From positions 4,836,001-4,900,000 of the forward strand of contig CP075497.1 in assembly GCA_021613535.1 (NCBI GenBank): a DNA stretch of 64,000 nucleotides. The letters are read 5' to 3'. This DNA is from Adineta vaga (Eukaryota; Animalia; Rotifera). Position 1 is the first letter of the stretch. Each line of letters starts with the position of its first letter. Both the position numbers and the translations under genes were made by a program. The notes beneath the pieces were generated by a model. That model had not been told where the DNA came from. It saw only the letters and a program-made list of their open reading frames with translations, and did no database searches. Shown here piece by piece: positions 42,468 through 55,358 of this stretch.

Positions 42468-44200
42468 TCACACCATATTTTGTGCACGGCGATCACGATA
42501 TTCACGATCATCAATGCCCGAATCAGCATCTGATCGATTTTCTGCACTACCACGTCCACCATTCGTCATTTTAGAGGCGTTCGTATTGGATTTTAAATCA
42601 GGAAAAACATCTCCTTTGAGATCGCTAATATCCCAAACTTTTAATGTACCATCTACTGACCCGCTGAATAATTTGTCATTGACAATCTAAATATTTTCAT
42701 ATTTAAAAATAACAATGTCTTATCTTTTTCATAATATAATCTACCTGTATACAATTTACTGAAAGTGCATGTGATTTAAACGTACGCTTTACAGCACCAG
42801 AACGTGCATCAAAACATCGAACAAGTGCATCTCCACAACCAGTATAAACTATTATATAATGTGAATAAAAAGAGATATTTTCTTAAACAAATATTCTACA
42901 TACCAAGACCATTATCAACTTGAATACATGAGACAGTATGTCTATGTCCCTTATAAATTCTAGTACAATCGCCCACATCTGTAACCCAACAACGTGCCGT
43001 ATGATCAGCACTGATTGAAAAAAGTAATTTATTGTAGCACTAAAATGATCATAATAGAATTTTAATACAAAATAAAGTTGATTATATTTCTTTTCTTACC
43101 AGAAGATTAATAATTGCTGCTTGATGCTGATCGAAAACATGTAATTCTGTTCCACGATAGATATCCCATGCGCGAATAGTATTATCACCGGAACCTGTAA
43201 ATAAAATCTTTCCAAGTGGATCTGTTGTTAAGCAAAGTATCGCTCCTGTATGCCCACGAAATGTTTTTAAACATTCGCCTGATTCAAATGACCATGTTTT
43301 CGCGGTATTATCTTGTGAACCAGTTATAATGATATCTTTCTTATAAATTTCCGCATCTTCTTCGAATTCTTCTTCACCATCATCGGGTTCCGATGGAATG
43401 AATAATATAGGTAGAATTCCGTGTTTATGACCACGAAATACACGTACACATGCTCCAGTATCAAAGTCCCAACAACGTGCTGTTCGATCATATGATGTTG
43501 AAAAAAGAAAATCGCCTAGAAGAAATAAGGCAATTGTATTTTTGAAGAAAAGAAAAGAAAATCATAACGATGCTTTCCTATTAAACAAATTAACCGGAGA
43601 AAAACAGAGTTTTCCATATGTTAAATACTTTCTGATATTTATCACTATGAAAAGTAAAAGTATTGTTTTCTTTATAAAAAGGCCAAAACTTCATTAGTAC
43701 TAAAAATAAAAGTGCTAAACGATATGTTAAAATAACTCATTTGCTATGCATCATTGACTATTTACTTTCATTTAAATAAAAAAAAGGTTTTTTTAGTATC
43801 CTGCTTTTCTGACTAGAAATATAAAGAATGAACAATTTTATTTACCAGTACAAACGAGTCGATTAACTAATGATGTATGACCACTATAAATGAATACGCA
43901 CTGCCCATTTGTCATATCCCATTTACGCATAGTACGATCAGCACTAGCACTGACCAAATAGTTTTCATCGATCAATATATAGGTAATATAATCAGCATGA
44001 CCAGATAGAACACTTAGACATTCAACGGGTGATGTTTTAGCACTCCATAAACGTATATTGTGATCATCAGAACCGGTCGCAAGGACACTTCCATCACCAC
44101 TTAATGTCATGCAATTGATGGCACTTTCATGTTCTTCCAATGTTTGTAGAAGATAATCACGATCACGTCCAGCGCGACGTTTTGATGCAGCAGTACCCAT
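42468..44200 (-). CDS. WDR86: WD40-repeat protein WDR86-like, 5 exons
   Basis: MGTAAS (myristoylation-like), GH...WD repeats, GHTSLVNRL, FSTSYDRTARCWD as in WDR86. Confidence 0.82.
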
Positions 44201-46823
44201 CGATATATGGAGACTTGAAGAAGTGTTTAAAGCTAAATTTAACAAAAAGAAATTAAAGAAAAAAAAGTAGAAAAGATGTTGCCGGAAAAATGAAAGAAGG
44301 AGAAGTGTTCAACGTCTTTTGTTTTTTAAGAAAAATATTTAATTTTCTCGCCCAAGTGTCGTTCTATTTCATCCAACATTAACAACACAAAAAAAACGAG
44401 AAAAAAAAAGAAAAGATTTTCCGACGAGTGAAATTTAAAAAAAAAACAATCAACCGAGAGTGTAGTTTACATAGTAGAAAATATTTTTTCAGTAATCAAA
44501 AAAAGAAATTGTTATAGTTGAAAGTTATAGCAAATATCATCTCCTACAATATACTTGTATTTTATTAACAATTCTGGATAAGATTCATTCAATTTCAAAT
44601 TGAACACTAATAACAAAACATTCAATCAACATTTTCTTTTTTAACGGTGTAGAATAGAATTTTATAACGACAATATTCTATTCCGAATATCTTTAAGCAC
44701 GTTAGAACTATAGACAATCAAGAAGCACGTATGGACATATTAAATATCCGAGAAATTTTCTCATAAAATTTATTTTATCCGAACAAAATATTTAGGTCTT
44801 TTGTCTGGGAATTAATTACAAATTACATCTGAAATAACAATATCAACTATTTGCCATGATAATATATTGTTTAAATAGGAAAAAGATTGACCTTCGTTGT
44901 ATTTAATTCAACAAAAAAAAAGGAAATTTAACCTTGTGAACAAACTTCATGTCATATAGACAACTTTCTTTATTAATTATTCTTTCGTGCATGGAATCAA
45001 TGATAGATCTTATATAATGAACTATTCATTTGTCATCGTCGAGTTTTTTTTGGGGGGTAAAACATATGAGCACGTACTATAGTTTAATAAAGTAATAGTA
45101 ACTTTCTATTCCTCGTTCTTTCTTTTTAAGCAGAGGTAATTTGCGTCGTTTTTTCTCTTTCTTCTTTTTTTTTCACTTTTATCGTTCTCATTGTGCAACA
45201 GCTCTCTCTCTCTCATTGGTTCCATTCGTTCATTTCCTGCTTAACAACCAGTTCTAGCAATGTCATAAGAATAGAAAGAGAGAAAAGCTATACAATAGTT
45301 TATAAAGAAAAAGGAAAAAAATGTCAAAATAAATATATGTCTGTCTGTACGTATGTATTACGATTCGACTTTTCTTTATCATGAATATACCGGTAGCATT
45401 TAATGACCTGACCATAGGTGTTTATTGCTCTTGATGTTATAGGAAGAGACATTTCCATAGAGAGAAAAAAAGAAAGAGTAAAACGGACACATCTATTCTT
45501 TCTGTTCAATGAATTTTGATTATTGATTTAATTTTATCACTTCCGTTTGTAGATATAGAAAGATAGCCAAGCCACTTGCTTTCTCACTTCATTTTCTTTT
45601 TTCTTCTTTATTATATAAATAAGTTATTCAAAATATTCGTTTATACTCATATCAATAGGACTGCCTGAATAGATTCTCGTTCTCTAATATTCTCGACAGA
45701 ATATACAAAACATCTATACAGAGAAAATTGTTCGGTTAGCGAAGTAGAAGTATATTATTAAATTTACTTCAGTTGATTGTCCATTTTATTAGTCATAGTT
45801 ATTTTCTTTTATACCTTCATATATTCATGAGAAGACATGACATAAAAAGGAAAAAGAACTTGTTGATACTAGATTTTTTTTTCAAAGAGGCATCAAATAT
45901 CATCAATAACTCTGATTGCATATATCGTATCAGTCATATTTTCAAAGTCAAGTATGAATGTGTCTCAATTACTATTTGTTCATCTACATATAGTTCCGAT
46001 CAGAATCAAAAGCACTTGATCGATTGCTTGTAATTCTCTGTTGAAAGAAATTTTCGTTTTGAAAGTGTGTTTCATGTACAAGATTTGTCCTCGATAACTC
46101 GTGAGCCGTTCATTAAAAGAATTGTCGATTGATAAATGTTTGCTTAACCTCGGTGTAATTTCTTCGTGTGACTCCGTCAACTCTTATAAATACCAAAATC
46201 TATTTATTCTGTAATATTTCAATAGTTTCATTGAAGAGAAAGAAAAACTAGGCATGATTTTTTTCTTTTTTTTCTCGACGATTCAGGTGGGATGTATTAT
46301 AACTATGAGTCTATGTTGAATAATACTCCATGAAAAAGTACACTTCGATCAAATAAATACGATTAGTTTTCTTCTTTTTCCAGTTCTTTAAATTTCTTGA
46401 TCTTGTATTCGTAAAGCGTATGTATGCCTTAGAAAATATTTTAACAGTGTATGATTGTATGGTCTTAGGTGTTATTCTTTTTTTTTGTCAGATGTATATC
46501 TTCCGAACTACTTGTTAGTTTTTGCGTGTTAGTCTGGTTTCTTTCAACAGTCGTTTGGTAATAAGAAAAGGGCAGAAAGAATATTACTAGAATAAATCTT
46601 CTTTTCTTTTCTTATATTAATATTCGAGAAAAGAAGAAAAAAAAGAGTTGATGCGCTCATTCTATCAATGAGAGAAAAGTAGGCGTGTGTTCGCTATGAC
46701 AATGAATCATTTTTTCTCTCTCAACCTTTTTTTTATTATCTTGAATCATACATTCGCAAAAGAGAAGTCATAGTTATATAAAATCTGCTTTATTCCAGAT
46801 TGTATATACATAATTGCGACAAA

Positions 46824-48040
46824 ATGGGACATGGTGGTATGAGTTGTGGGATGAAGACGATGCGTTTTGTAATGGTCGTCTTTAATATATTCTTTTTCGT
46901 ATGTTTCTTTCTTGTTTTTCTCTTGAATCGGATAAATTCGAATTTAATGATTAGTTAATTGGTCTTGCATTATTGGCTCTTGGCATCTATGTCATGGTTG
47001 ATCCATCACTTCAAAAAATACAAAAAGTTTTTCCAATAGGTAAGAATGAATTTTGAATTGACATAGAATGATTGAGTAATTATTTTAGATTCGAGTGTTG
47101 AAGATGGTTTATCATATTTAAAAGTACTTGCCATTGTTGTTATTGTACTTGGTGGTGTTCTTTTAATAATTGGATTTCTGGGATGTTGTGGTGCTATGAA
47201 ACAAGTGAAAATATTTCTTATTTTAGTATGTAGAAACTGTTTGATGAAATAGAATGTATAATCATTGATTTATTTTAGTATGCAATTATTATTGGAATGA
47301 TTATTCTTTTTGAAATTGCAATAACGATCTATTTTGTTGCTTTCAAATCGAAATTTGAAGAACAATTCAAACCAACATTGAAAGATGCAATTCGAAATTC
47401 ATATGAAGGTCCCTTAGGATTGATTAGTAATACGAATCAAACGAAACCAGGACCTATTTCAATTGCTTGGGATTTCATTATGTATAATGTGAGTCATATT
47501 TTCTCATTATCAACATGTTTTGTAGAAAAAACGTTTTATTATAGTTCGAATGTTGTGGTGTTGATAGTAAAGATGATTTTAATGGAACAACGAAATGGAA
47601 TCGACGAAATATCTGGTGGGATGCATCAATGGGAAATAGTGCACAAAATTTTACATATCCATTAACTTGTTGTAAAATAAATAGCGGTGGTGGGAAGAAT
47701 TGGAATGATTTCAATGAAGTACAATTAAGAACAGGTGTCATTTGTGCTGTCAATGGAACCAATATCAATCAACAAGTGAGTTTATTTTCGAGTAGATAAA
47801 ATGAAATGCAAGATTTTGTTTTCGATTTGATTAGGGTTGTTATAATAAATTTATCGATATTTTAAATACTTACAAAACATGGATTATTATTGGTGCAGTA
47901 GTTATTCTACTCATCGAAGTAATTAGTTGATTTGTTTCTATGTGTATACATATTTTCGTTTTTTTCAGTTAACGGCATTTAGTTTTACATTGGCTTTATG
48001 TTGTCGTAAAAGAAAAGATCAAAGATATTATTCATCCTAA
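46824..48040 (+). CDS. Tetraspanin A, 7 exons
   Basis: FNILF, GFLGCCGA, WDFIMYNFECCG, YPLTCC, GC. Four TMs. Confidence 0.93.
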
Positions 48041-48408
48041 GTCCAAACAATTGATGTATTACTATCGAATATAATTTCTTTCGTTGTTTTCTATATCATT
48101 AAATCTTTTTTTATTTTCAACTCGATTACATATATGAACTATTTTGTACATGTAATTCAGATATATTTTCATCGTCTGTTCGTCTGTTTACTAATCACAT
48201 CAATACATGTTGTGAGTTTTATTCTTTACACCATTTTTCTCTCAAAATTTTGTAATGATACACGTCTAATTCTCATCTTTTACCCTTTTTATCTTCTACT
48301 TTATGCACTTTTATCATTGCCTTTATATAAATATGATTTCGAGAAATAAACGAATGAGAAAGAATTTTACATTGGCGGCAAACTTCAATAGATATTTCTT
48401 TGAAAACA

Positions 48409-50715
48409 ATGTTGAAGATAATCTTTATCTATTTTATTGGATACATGATTTCAAGTATTGCAGGTAAATCAATATTCATTCTGAGAAAACAATAATAAAT
48501 GCTCCATAGTTTCCTGACATGTATTATGAACATAAATTATTGACTTAAAACATTTGTAAATATGTCCTCTTTTTACAGGATCATTTTCAATACTAACTCT
48601 GAATTAATTTATTCATAATCTTTTCACTTGAATACAGATATAATTTACAAAATATGCAGAAGAAGAAATTAATCTTTATTTTTGGTTTGTTCAGTTATTC
48701 GTCGAGTTTTATTCGATTTTGTTTCATACGTTGTTCGATGTTTACCAGCCATCTCTTTATATAAAGTATTGTCTTTCGCTTCAATCCATTTTTGTTTAAA
48801 AATTTCAGCTGATTGAGCTTTTTCATTCGTTAAATGAGTTTCTTCTTGTGGTAAAATATCATAAGTTTTCTGATCGTATTTCGTTCCACTGGCATGATTG
48901 GCGTAACGTCGTGAACGAGTAAAACCCATTTGTAGAAATTTTCGAGCCATATCTGCTCCAACGAAATCATCTGTGTTAAGATAATTTAAAAATAATTCAT
49001 AAATTTTATTCGATGATTGAATAGCTTCAGGAACCGTTTTAAAACGCCAATGTGGACATATTTCACTTTTATATGGTTGACAAGTGAGCACACCTTGTTC
49101 TCCTCGACCAATTCGATATAGTTCTGGATGTTTACGATAATCGATATTTGCTTTCCAACCATATGAGTCATGATCGAAATCGAGATAAGAAGGAAGTCGT
49201 TTTTTCGGTTTATCGGATGTTGAGGAAGCAGCACGTTTTCGTGGCATTGTTTGTAATCGATAGAATATCTGAAAAATAAAACGAGAAAAATCTTTGTTTT
49301 GTTTTGTTTTCTATTTATGTAGAACTTATTAATTGGAATTTTAAACCGAAACAATTCATTCAAATCGGTGAAGAATTCAAACGAAAATGTGAAACAAATA
49401 GATTATTAACAAGAGATGAACGTATTGAATGGATCTTATATTATCATGATGGACGAGAAATTAATATTGATAAATCAGATCTATTGATAGAATCATTTAC
49501 TGTAATGACTGAAGGAATTGCTATTTGTCAAGTAAAAGATAATCATGGAAATGTTATTGATGAAAAACATTTTTTTATTACAAGTGATCGTAAGTTGTTA
49601 GATGAGAAATTACAGAAATATGTTTCAAATACTAGTCTCTTAGTGGATAAATGATGAGTAAACACGCTATTATCTCATGAGGACGTAACTCTATGTTTAA
49701 GATTCTTCAACATTGAATGAATTTTTAACAATCGTAAGATATTTTTAGCAAATGAATTGATCGATTATCGATTTGAAGGGTACGATCAAACACTAATTGA
49801 TACGGATATAATTAATGTTGATAGAAATTGTGGACCTGATGAAAATATTTCCTATGTAAAAGAAGATGTAATCGATTTTTATATTGATTTTGTTCAACAT
49901 TATGAACATGTACGATTACATTCAAATCATATTAGAATTCAAAATATAAAACATGAAAATGAAGGTTATTATGAATGTACTGTTCGATTAAGAAATGGTT
50001 TGATTGGTGTTCGTGTTTTTTTTCTCAGTGGTGAGTAAATAATATTTGGAAATTGATCTAATCGAATGGATATCTATTAGTTGGTGGTAATCCACGTGAA
50101 ATAACGAATCGAGAAAGACAAATCTATGCAGAAATCAATGATTCAATTACAATATTATGTCCAATATTTTCAGCAATGCCTGCTTGGTTTACATTTATTC
50201 TTCCTAAAGATTCTAGACAGGACGTGTCAATGTTAACTGGACATGATTATTTACGAATAAAACAAGTGCTAAATACTCACAATGGAATATGTACTTGTCG
50301 AGCGACAACAACTGATGATAATCAAGGTTTTTCATTATCATCTAACATTTATCTCAATGTTTACGGTAATACATATGAATTCTATAGAAACGCTATTTTG
50401 AAAGCTATTCATTATTAAATAGGTCCACCGGAATATGTAAAACCAAGAGAAAATGAATATGAATCGATTTTACTTGAAAGAAATATCGAAAATATTCTAC
50501 GTTGTTCAATAGAAGGGAATCCCAAACCAAGTTATCAATGGTTTTTGGGAAATGTTCAAGTGATTACAAATGAAGAAATTATCTCGAATAAAATTGATTA
50601 TGTAATCACATGGGATAAAAATAACGCACCTGAATCAAACCAAACCGTAACATGTATAGCAAAAAATAATCGAGGCACCAAACGACAAGTTTATAACATT
50701 CAATTCAACAATTAG
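48409..50715 (+). CDS. Secreted multi-Ig-domain protein (about 4 domains); possible exon with three in-frame TGA
   Basis: Signal-peptide exon MLKIIFIYFIGYMISSIA (48409-48463) splices in phase to 49323. Ig motifs: C..IEW..IAICQV, EGYYECTV, ITILCP..NGICTC, CSIEGNPKPSYQW..CIAKNNRG. No TM. Confidence 0.75.
48669..49247 (-). CDS. DUF4385 family protein (HGT candidate), nested in the Ig gene intron
   Basis: YRIGRGEQGVL..PYKSEI.PHWRFKT..DFVGADMARKFLQMGFTRSRRYANH is the DUF4385 signature. Intronless CDS. Confidence 0.85.
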   Translation of the reverse strand: MPRKRAASSTSDKPKKRLPSYLDFDHDSYGWKANIDYRKHPELYRIGRGEQGVLTCQPYKSEICPHWRFKTVPEAIQSSNKIYELFLNYLNTDDFVGADMARKFLQMGFTRSRRYANHASGTKYDQKTYDILPQEETHLTNEKAQSAEIFKQKWIEAKDNTLYKEMAGKHRTTYETKSNKTRRITEQTKNKD

Positions 50716-51832
50716 AATTAGAAGAATAAATAGACAAAGAAATCAGCATTCATGATTCATCTAATACTTCATCATTGGTTTCCTAAAGTATAGAAATACG
50801 AAAGAAGAGGTCGTACACCACCATGTATTTTCCTTTTAATTTATTGATAATATTTGATTATTGTCTTACGCGAATCAAATAAATGTTCAAGTGAATGCTA
50901 AATTTTTTTTCTAAGCATATTTCGATCTGTCATTTGAAAAGTTTATTGACTATTATATTCTATCAATTAATTAACATATAACTTTCTTGATCTGTATCCA
51001 TTTAAAACAACAATTTTTATGATATACTTACTGATAACGATAATTTTCTATTATGTTTATAAATTTGAAAGGAATAAAGAATGTAAAACTGGTTTATTTC
51101 GAAGATAACGAGAAGAACAGAAATTCTCTTCCAATGCATCATCTCCAACGACTACTGTTTCTACATAATAAGTCTGAATGAGTCAAAAGACGATGCTCCG
51201 TCTCTTTTTTGCTTCAAAAAGATATGTCATGATGTGTTTCACATAGAAACGTTTGACAAATGGAAGTAAGTATAAAATCTCCTGAATGTCTGAGTTTATT
51301 TTAGAGAAAAACACAGGAATAAATACATCTTCTCTTATCTTTTCAAGTTAAATATTTCTATTTATACGCAGTTCGATATCAACAAGATTTAATCACGTAG
51401 AACAAAATTGTTCTTTCAATGAAATATAAAATAACTTAAAAAAGATGCTTATATTATGCAAATTATTACAAAGATAAGTAAAATAGTTTCTATGTTAATT
51501 TAATGTTCATTTCGATTTTTTACTCTATACGAATTCTTGATCAGAAAATTTCTTACCTATAATTAAACTCATGCAGTTAGTAGAGAATACATGAATAACC
51601 AGGTGAAAAATTAAGGTCTCCTGCAATGTCATGTCTCTTTGGTTTGTTATGAATTTTCATTTTGATAATAGGAGAATGTATCATCCGTGATTTTGAGTAT
51701 ATTATGCATCAAAATAACATGGGAATTTTTTCATAAATTTTGACGTACTTTATCTATGTGAATATATATAATTTCTTCTTGTGTAAAAAGAATAACAAAT
51801 ACAGAATTATTGTTTTCTTTTAGATTATAAAC

Positions 51833-53126
51833 ATGGGTCATGGAAGAATGAGTTATTCATTGAAAAATGTTCGTTTCATTTTAATTTGTGTTAATGTGAT
51901 TATTTTTGTAAGTTTATTCTCATTAATATTTATGTTTTTTTTTCGTTGCAAGATGATCATTTATTTAGTTATGTGGAGCAACATTAATAGGTGAAGGAAT
52001 TGATTTACTCGTTACTCGACGTTTTCATAATTTCAGAGAATTTCTATTCAATATTGAAAGTATAGAATGAAATCCTAGGAAAAGGAATTCATGTATTCAT
52101 ATTTGAAGATATTTTGTAGATGAATATCCAACGAATAAGAAAATTTATTCGGATGACAGTTTATATTTACTTACAATTATTCCCGGTTTAGTTTTCGCGT
52201 CTATTGGTTTTTTTGGTTGTTCAGGTGTAATAACACAAATTCAATGTCTTCTATTCTATGTTAGTATGATTTTTTGTCTCTATATCATTCAAATATTAAC
52301 ATTCATTTATTCTTGTATTTGTTTTTCAATAGTATGCGTGGCTAATTGGAATTCTTCTGACATTTCAAACGATAATTCTTATTTCTTTAATTACTTTTCG
52401 TATTCAATTGAAAGAAAAGTTAGTAGTAAGTATGAAATTATTTCTTCAAAATGAATATACTGGACCATTAGAGAAAAATTTGCAATTATTCTCATTTCTA
52501 TGGGATTATGTGATGTACCATGTAAGTTGAATTTGATTATGATCAAATGATATTGAATTTTTTTCGATTTACTAGTTTAAATGTTGTGGTATAGAGAGTA
52601 AAAATGATTTCGATATGAATTCGAAATGGAGTCGAACAAATCCTTGGTGGAATCAATCAATGACAATGGAGAATAAAAGTTTTATATATCCATTAACATG
52701 TTGTCCAATAGATGAACTATTTAAGAAAGAAAAGAATTCATTTTCAAAACTTCTTTCATGTGCTATTGATGGAAATGATATCTATGAAATAGTTCGTAAA
52801 AGATTTTCTCGAAGATATTCGAATAAATCTTTTCAATCTTTTAGAATTGTTATGAGAAATTCATTGAAATATTTCAGTCTAATGAAGCAATACTATTAAC
52901 TCTAATATTATCAATGTTTATGATCGAAGTAAATGAACTTTATTTTTCTCGCGAATAATGATGATTATTTGTAATTGAATTCATTTAGATGATGTCATTA
53001 ATATTTGTCTTAGTTATTTATAATCGCAATCGATTGAAACAAAGTTATTGTATACTTGAAGAACGACCACCACCCTATACTCCAAGAACAACAACTAACA
53101 ACACAAATATATACGTTCAACTTTAA
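51833..53126 (+). CDS. Tetraspanin B, divergent paralog of A, 7 exons
   Basis: MGHGRMS vs MGHGGMS, equivalent intron positions, WDYVMYHFKCCG, W.R.N.WW, YPLTCC. C-tail contains PPPY. Confidence 0.88.
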
Positions 53127-53488
53127 ATTTCAGATAAATGTATAGTTGAACTGATTTTTTTTGTACAAATAAACTATTTTGAAAATATTCAAACATAAAT
53201 CCTTAGTAATATGAAATAAATCATTTTCTTGTGATGCAGGAACGAATAAAAAAAATCAAACATATTACCTATACGGTGTCTATTAGTGACAATGAATATA
53301 TAACCTTCGAATATATTCAGTCTTCCCTTAGGTTTCGTTTTTCTTCTTTCTGTTCTATTCGTTTTTTTATTTTTTTTTATCGTTTTATTCGCAGTATGAC
53401 AGATGTCCTTTGATGAAGAATACGTTTGATGCACGAACATGTGGAAGAGAAGATTGTGTTACTTTCATTTTTGGTTATTTTGTAGAAA

Positions 53489-54991
53489 ATGATTTTAGGT
53501 ATTTTAGTTTTTAATCTTTTTATTACTGCTTTATGGTGTCAAGATATCCAACGAGTTGTTATACCACAAGGTGAACCATTTTCATTTGATTGTCTAGCTG
53601 ATGAATCGGCTTATTTTGCTCGAAAAATAAATGAATGGTCTGAAATTCAACAAAACAATGATCAAGATTTGAATTTAAATTTCAATCATTTATCAAAAGA
53701 TAATCGTTTACGTGTTTCATCAGATTCTGCTCAAGCAAAACATGTCGGATTTTATGCATGTCGAAAAGCAACATGAACAAGTACAACAATGAATAATATT
53801 TATCAATTAATTCTTGCTGGTAAATCTATGATCTGATTCTTTTTTGTTTTGTTTTTGAGAAGATTATGTTCTCCTTTTCTTTTAGACATACAGTCATTCT
53901 ATTGGAATTTTATATGCAATGGTCCAATTGGTTCATGTGAACGTTCAGATGATCTTATTGATGAAAATTTAAGTCGTTTTGAAGTTGCTGATCAAACAAA
54001 TCTTGAATTGTTTTGTTGTGCATCTGTAACAGGTTATAAAAATGTGAATATACTTATGAATCAAGTTGGTGATAGTCGAGATATTGTTGAAGTTAATAAA
54101 AAACAAGAACTTGATGGTTCATGGGTCGTTTGTGCAAATCAACGAACGGTATTAAAACGAACATCGTATTCAAATCAACAAACATTAACATGTGAATTAT
54201 TGACAGATGATCGACGTCATTCAACACTTTCGAGTGTTATCACAATGAAAGGTAATTTGAAATTGAGAGATTCAATGTTTTGTAATTTTGTATTTCATTT
54301 AGATGCAATTCTTCCTGATCCATCATCTGGATATACATATTATACAAAAGAAAATTCAAATAATCAATATTTTAATCAACATATGGCAATGTTAGGACGA
54401 TCAAGACGAAAATTATCGAGAAGTACATATATTTTCTAATCTATTTACGAAACAATCATTGTTCCATTTAGAGAAAAAACTGGCAATTATTCTTAGTTCT
54501 GTCTTTGGTGGTCTTAGTCTAATAGGTTTTGTGATCTGTTTAGTAATCTGTATACGTCTTAATAAAACAAGTAATGATATTGAATTTTCATTACATTAAA
54601 GAATTAACCTTTTCTTCATGTTTTATTTTAGCATCATCAAGGTAAGTTCAATCATTCACAAACATATGTGAAGGTAATGTCGTCTATTTTATTCTTATGT
54701 TTCATTTATTCAAGGACAAAAACGACGACGCAAAGTAATCATTGAATTATTATATGTTAATTAATTTCAAACGTTATTCTTTTCATCATAGTTACAAAAC
54801 CATATTTGCCAGTAAAAACATCCGAACCACCGCGATATTTAAATGAAAACGATTCAAAAGGTAAATGAAATCAATTCTGTGGATTTTTTTCGAATCTATT
54901 TCATCATGAAAACAAATCTTTAGATGAAGAACCTATTTATGAAGAACCAACGCCTTTATCTGTTAAATCACCTATATTTATGCGATGTTAA
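53489..54991 (+). CDS. Type I membrane Ig-like receptor with one in-frame TGA (53774-53776), 8 exons
   Basis: Signal peptide, GEPFSFDC..W..GFYAC, second Cys-paired domain, TM LAIILSSVFGGLSLIGFVICLVICI, tail EEPIYEEP. All exons splice in frame apart from the TGA. Confidence 0.72.
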
Positions 54992-55358
54992 TTATATTGG
55001 ATGAGATCTTTTTTCCTCCATGTCTTTCATACAATGAATGATGATCAAAACAACATATTTACCGTGTTATTCAAACGATCGAACTGAAATCTATTTTATT
55101 TGATTTATTTCAGTTATGCTTTCTCTTCGATAAATATTTTCTTTTTAAACAATATGAGAAGAAATATTCGTTTGCATTTCATGCACTATTTGTGTATATA
55201 AATCTTTCGATAAAGATAATTTGTCATGAGACAATGATAAGAATTGAATAATTATTATTTATTGATATGATTTGAAAAATTCTTAGCTTGTTTAGGAAAT
55301 AGTTCATGTACAGTGAAACAAAAGAAAACATGATTAATTATAGGAAGAATATTTTTTC

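Noticed and set aside
44300-46800. Several 60-90 aa ORFs between WDR86 and tetraspanin A
   Set aside because: Low-complexity AT-rich translations typical of chance ORFs. Probably a shared regulatory region.
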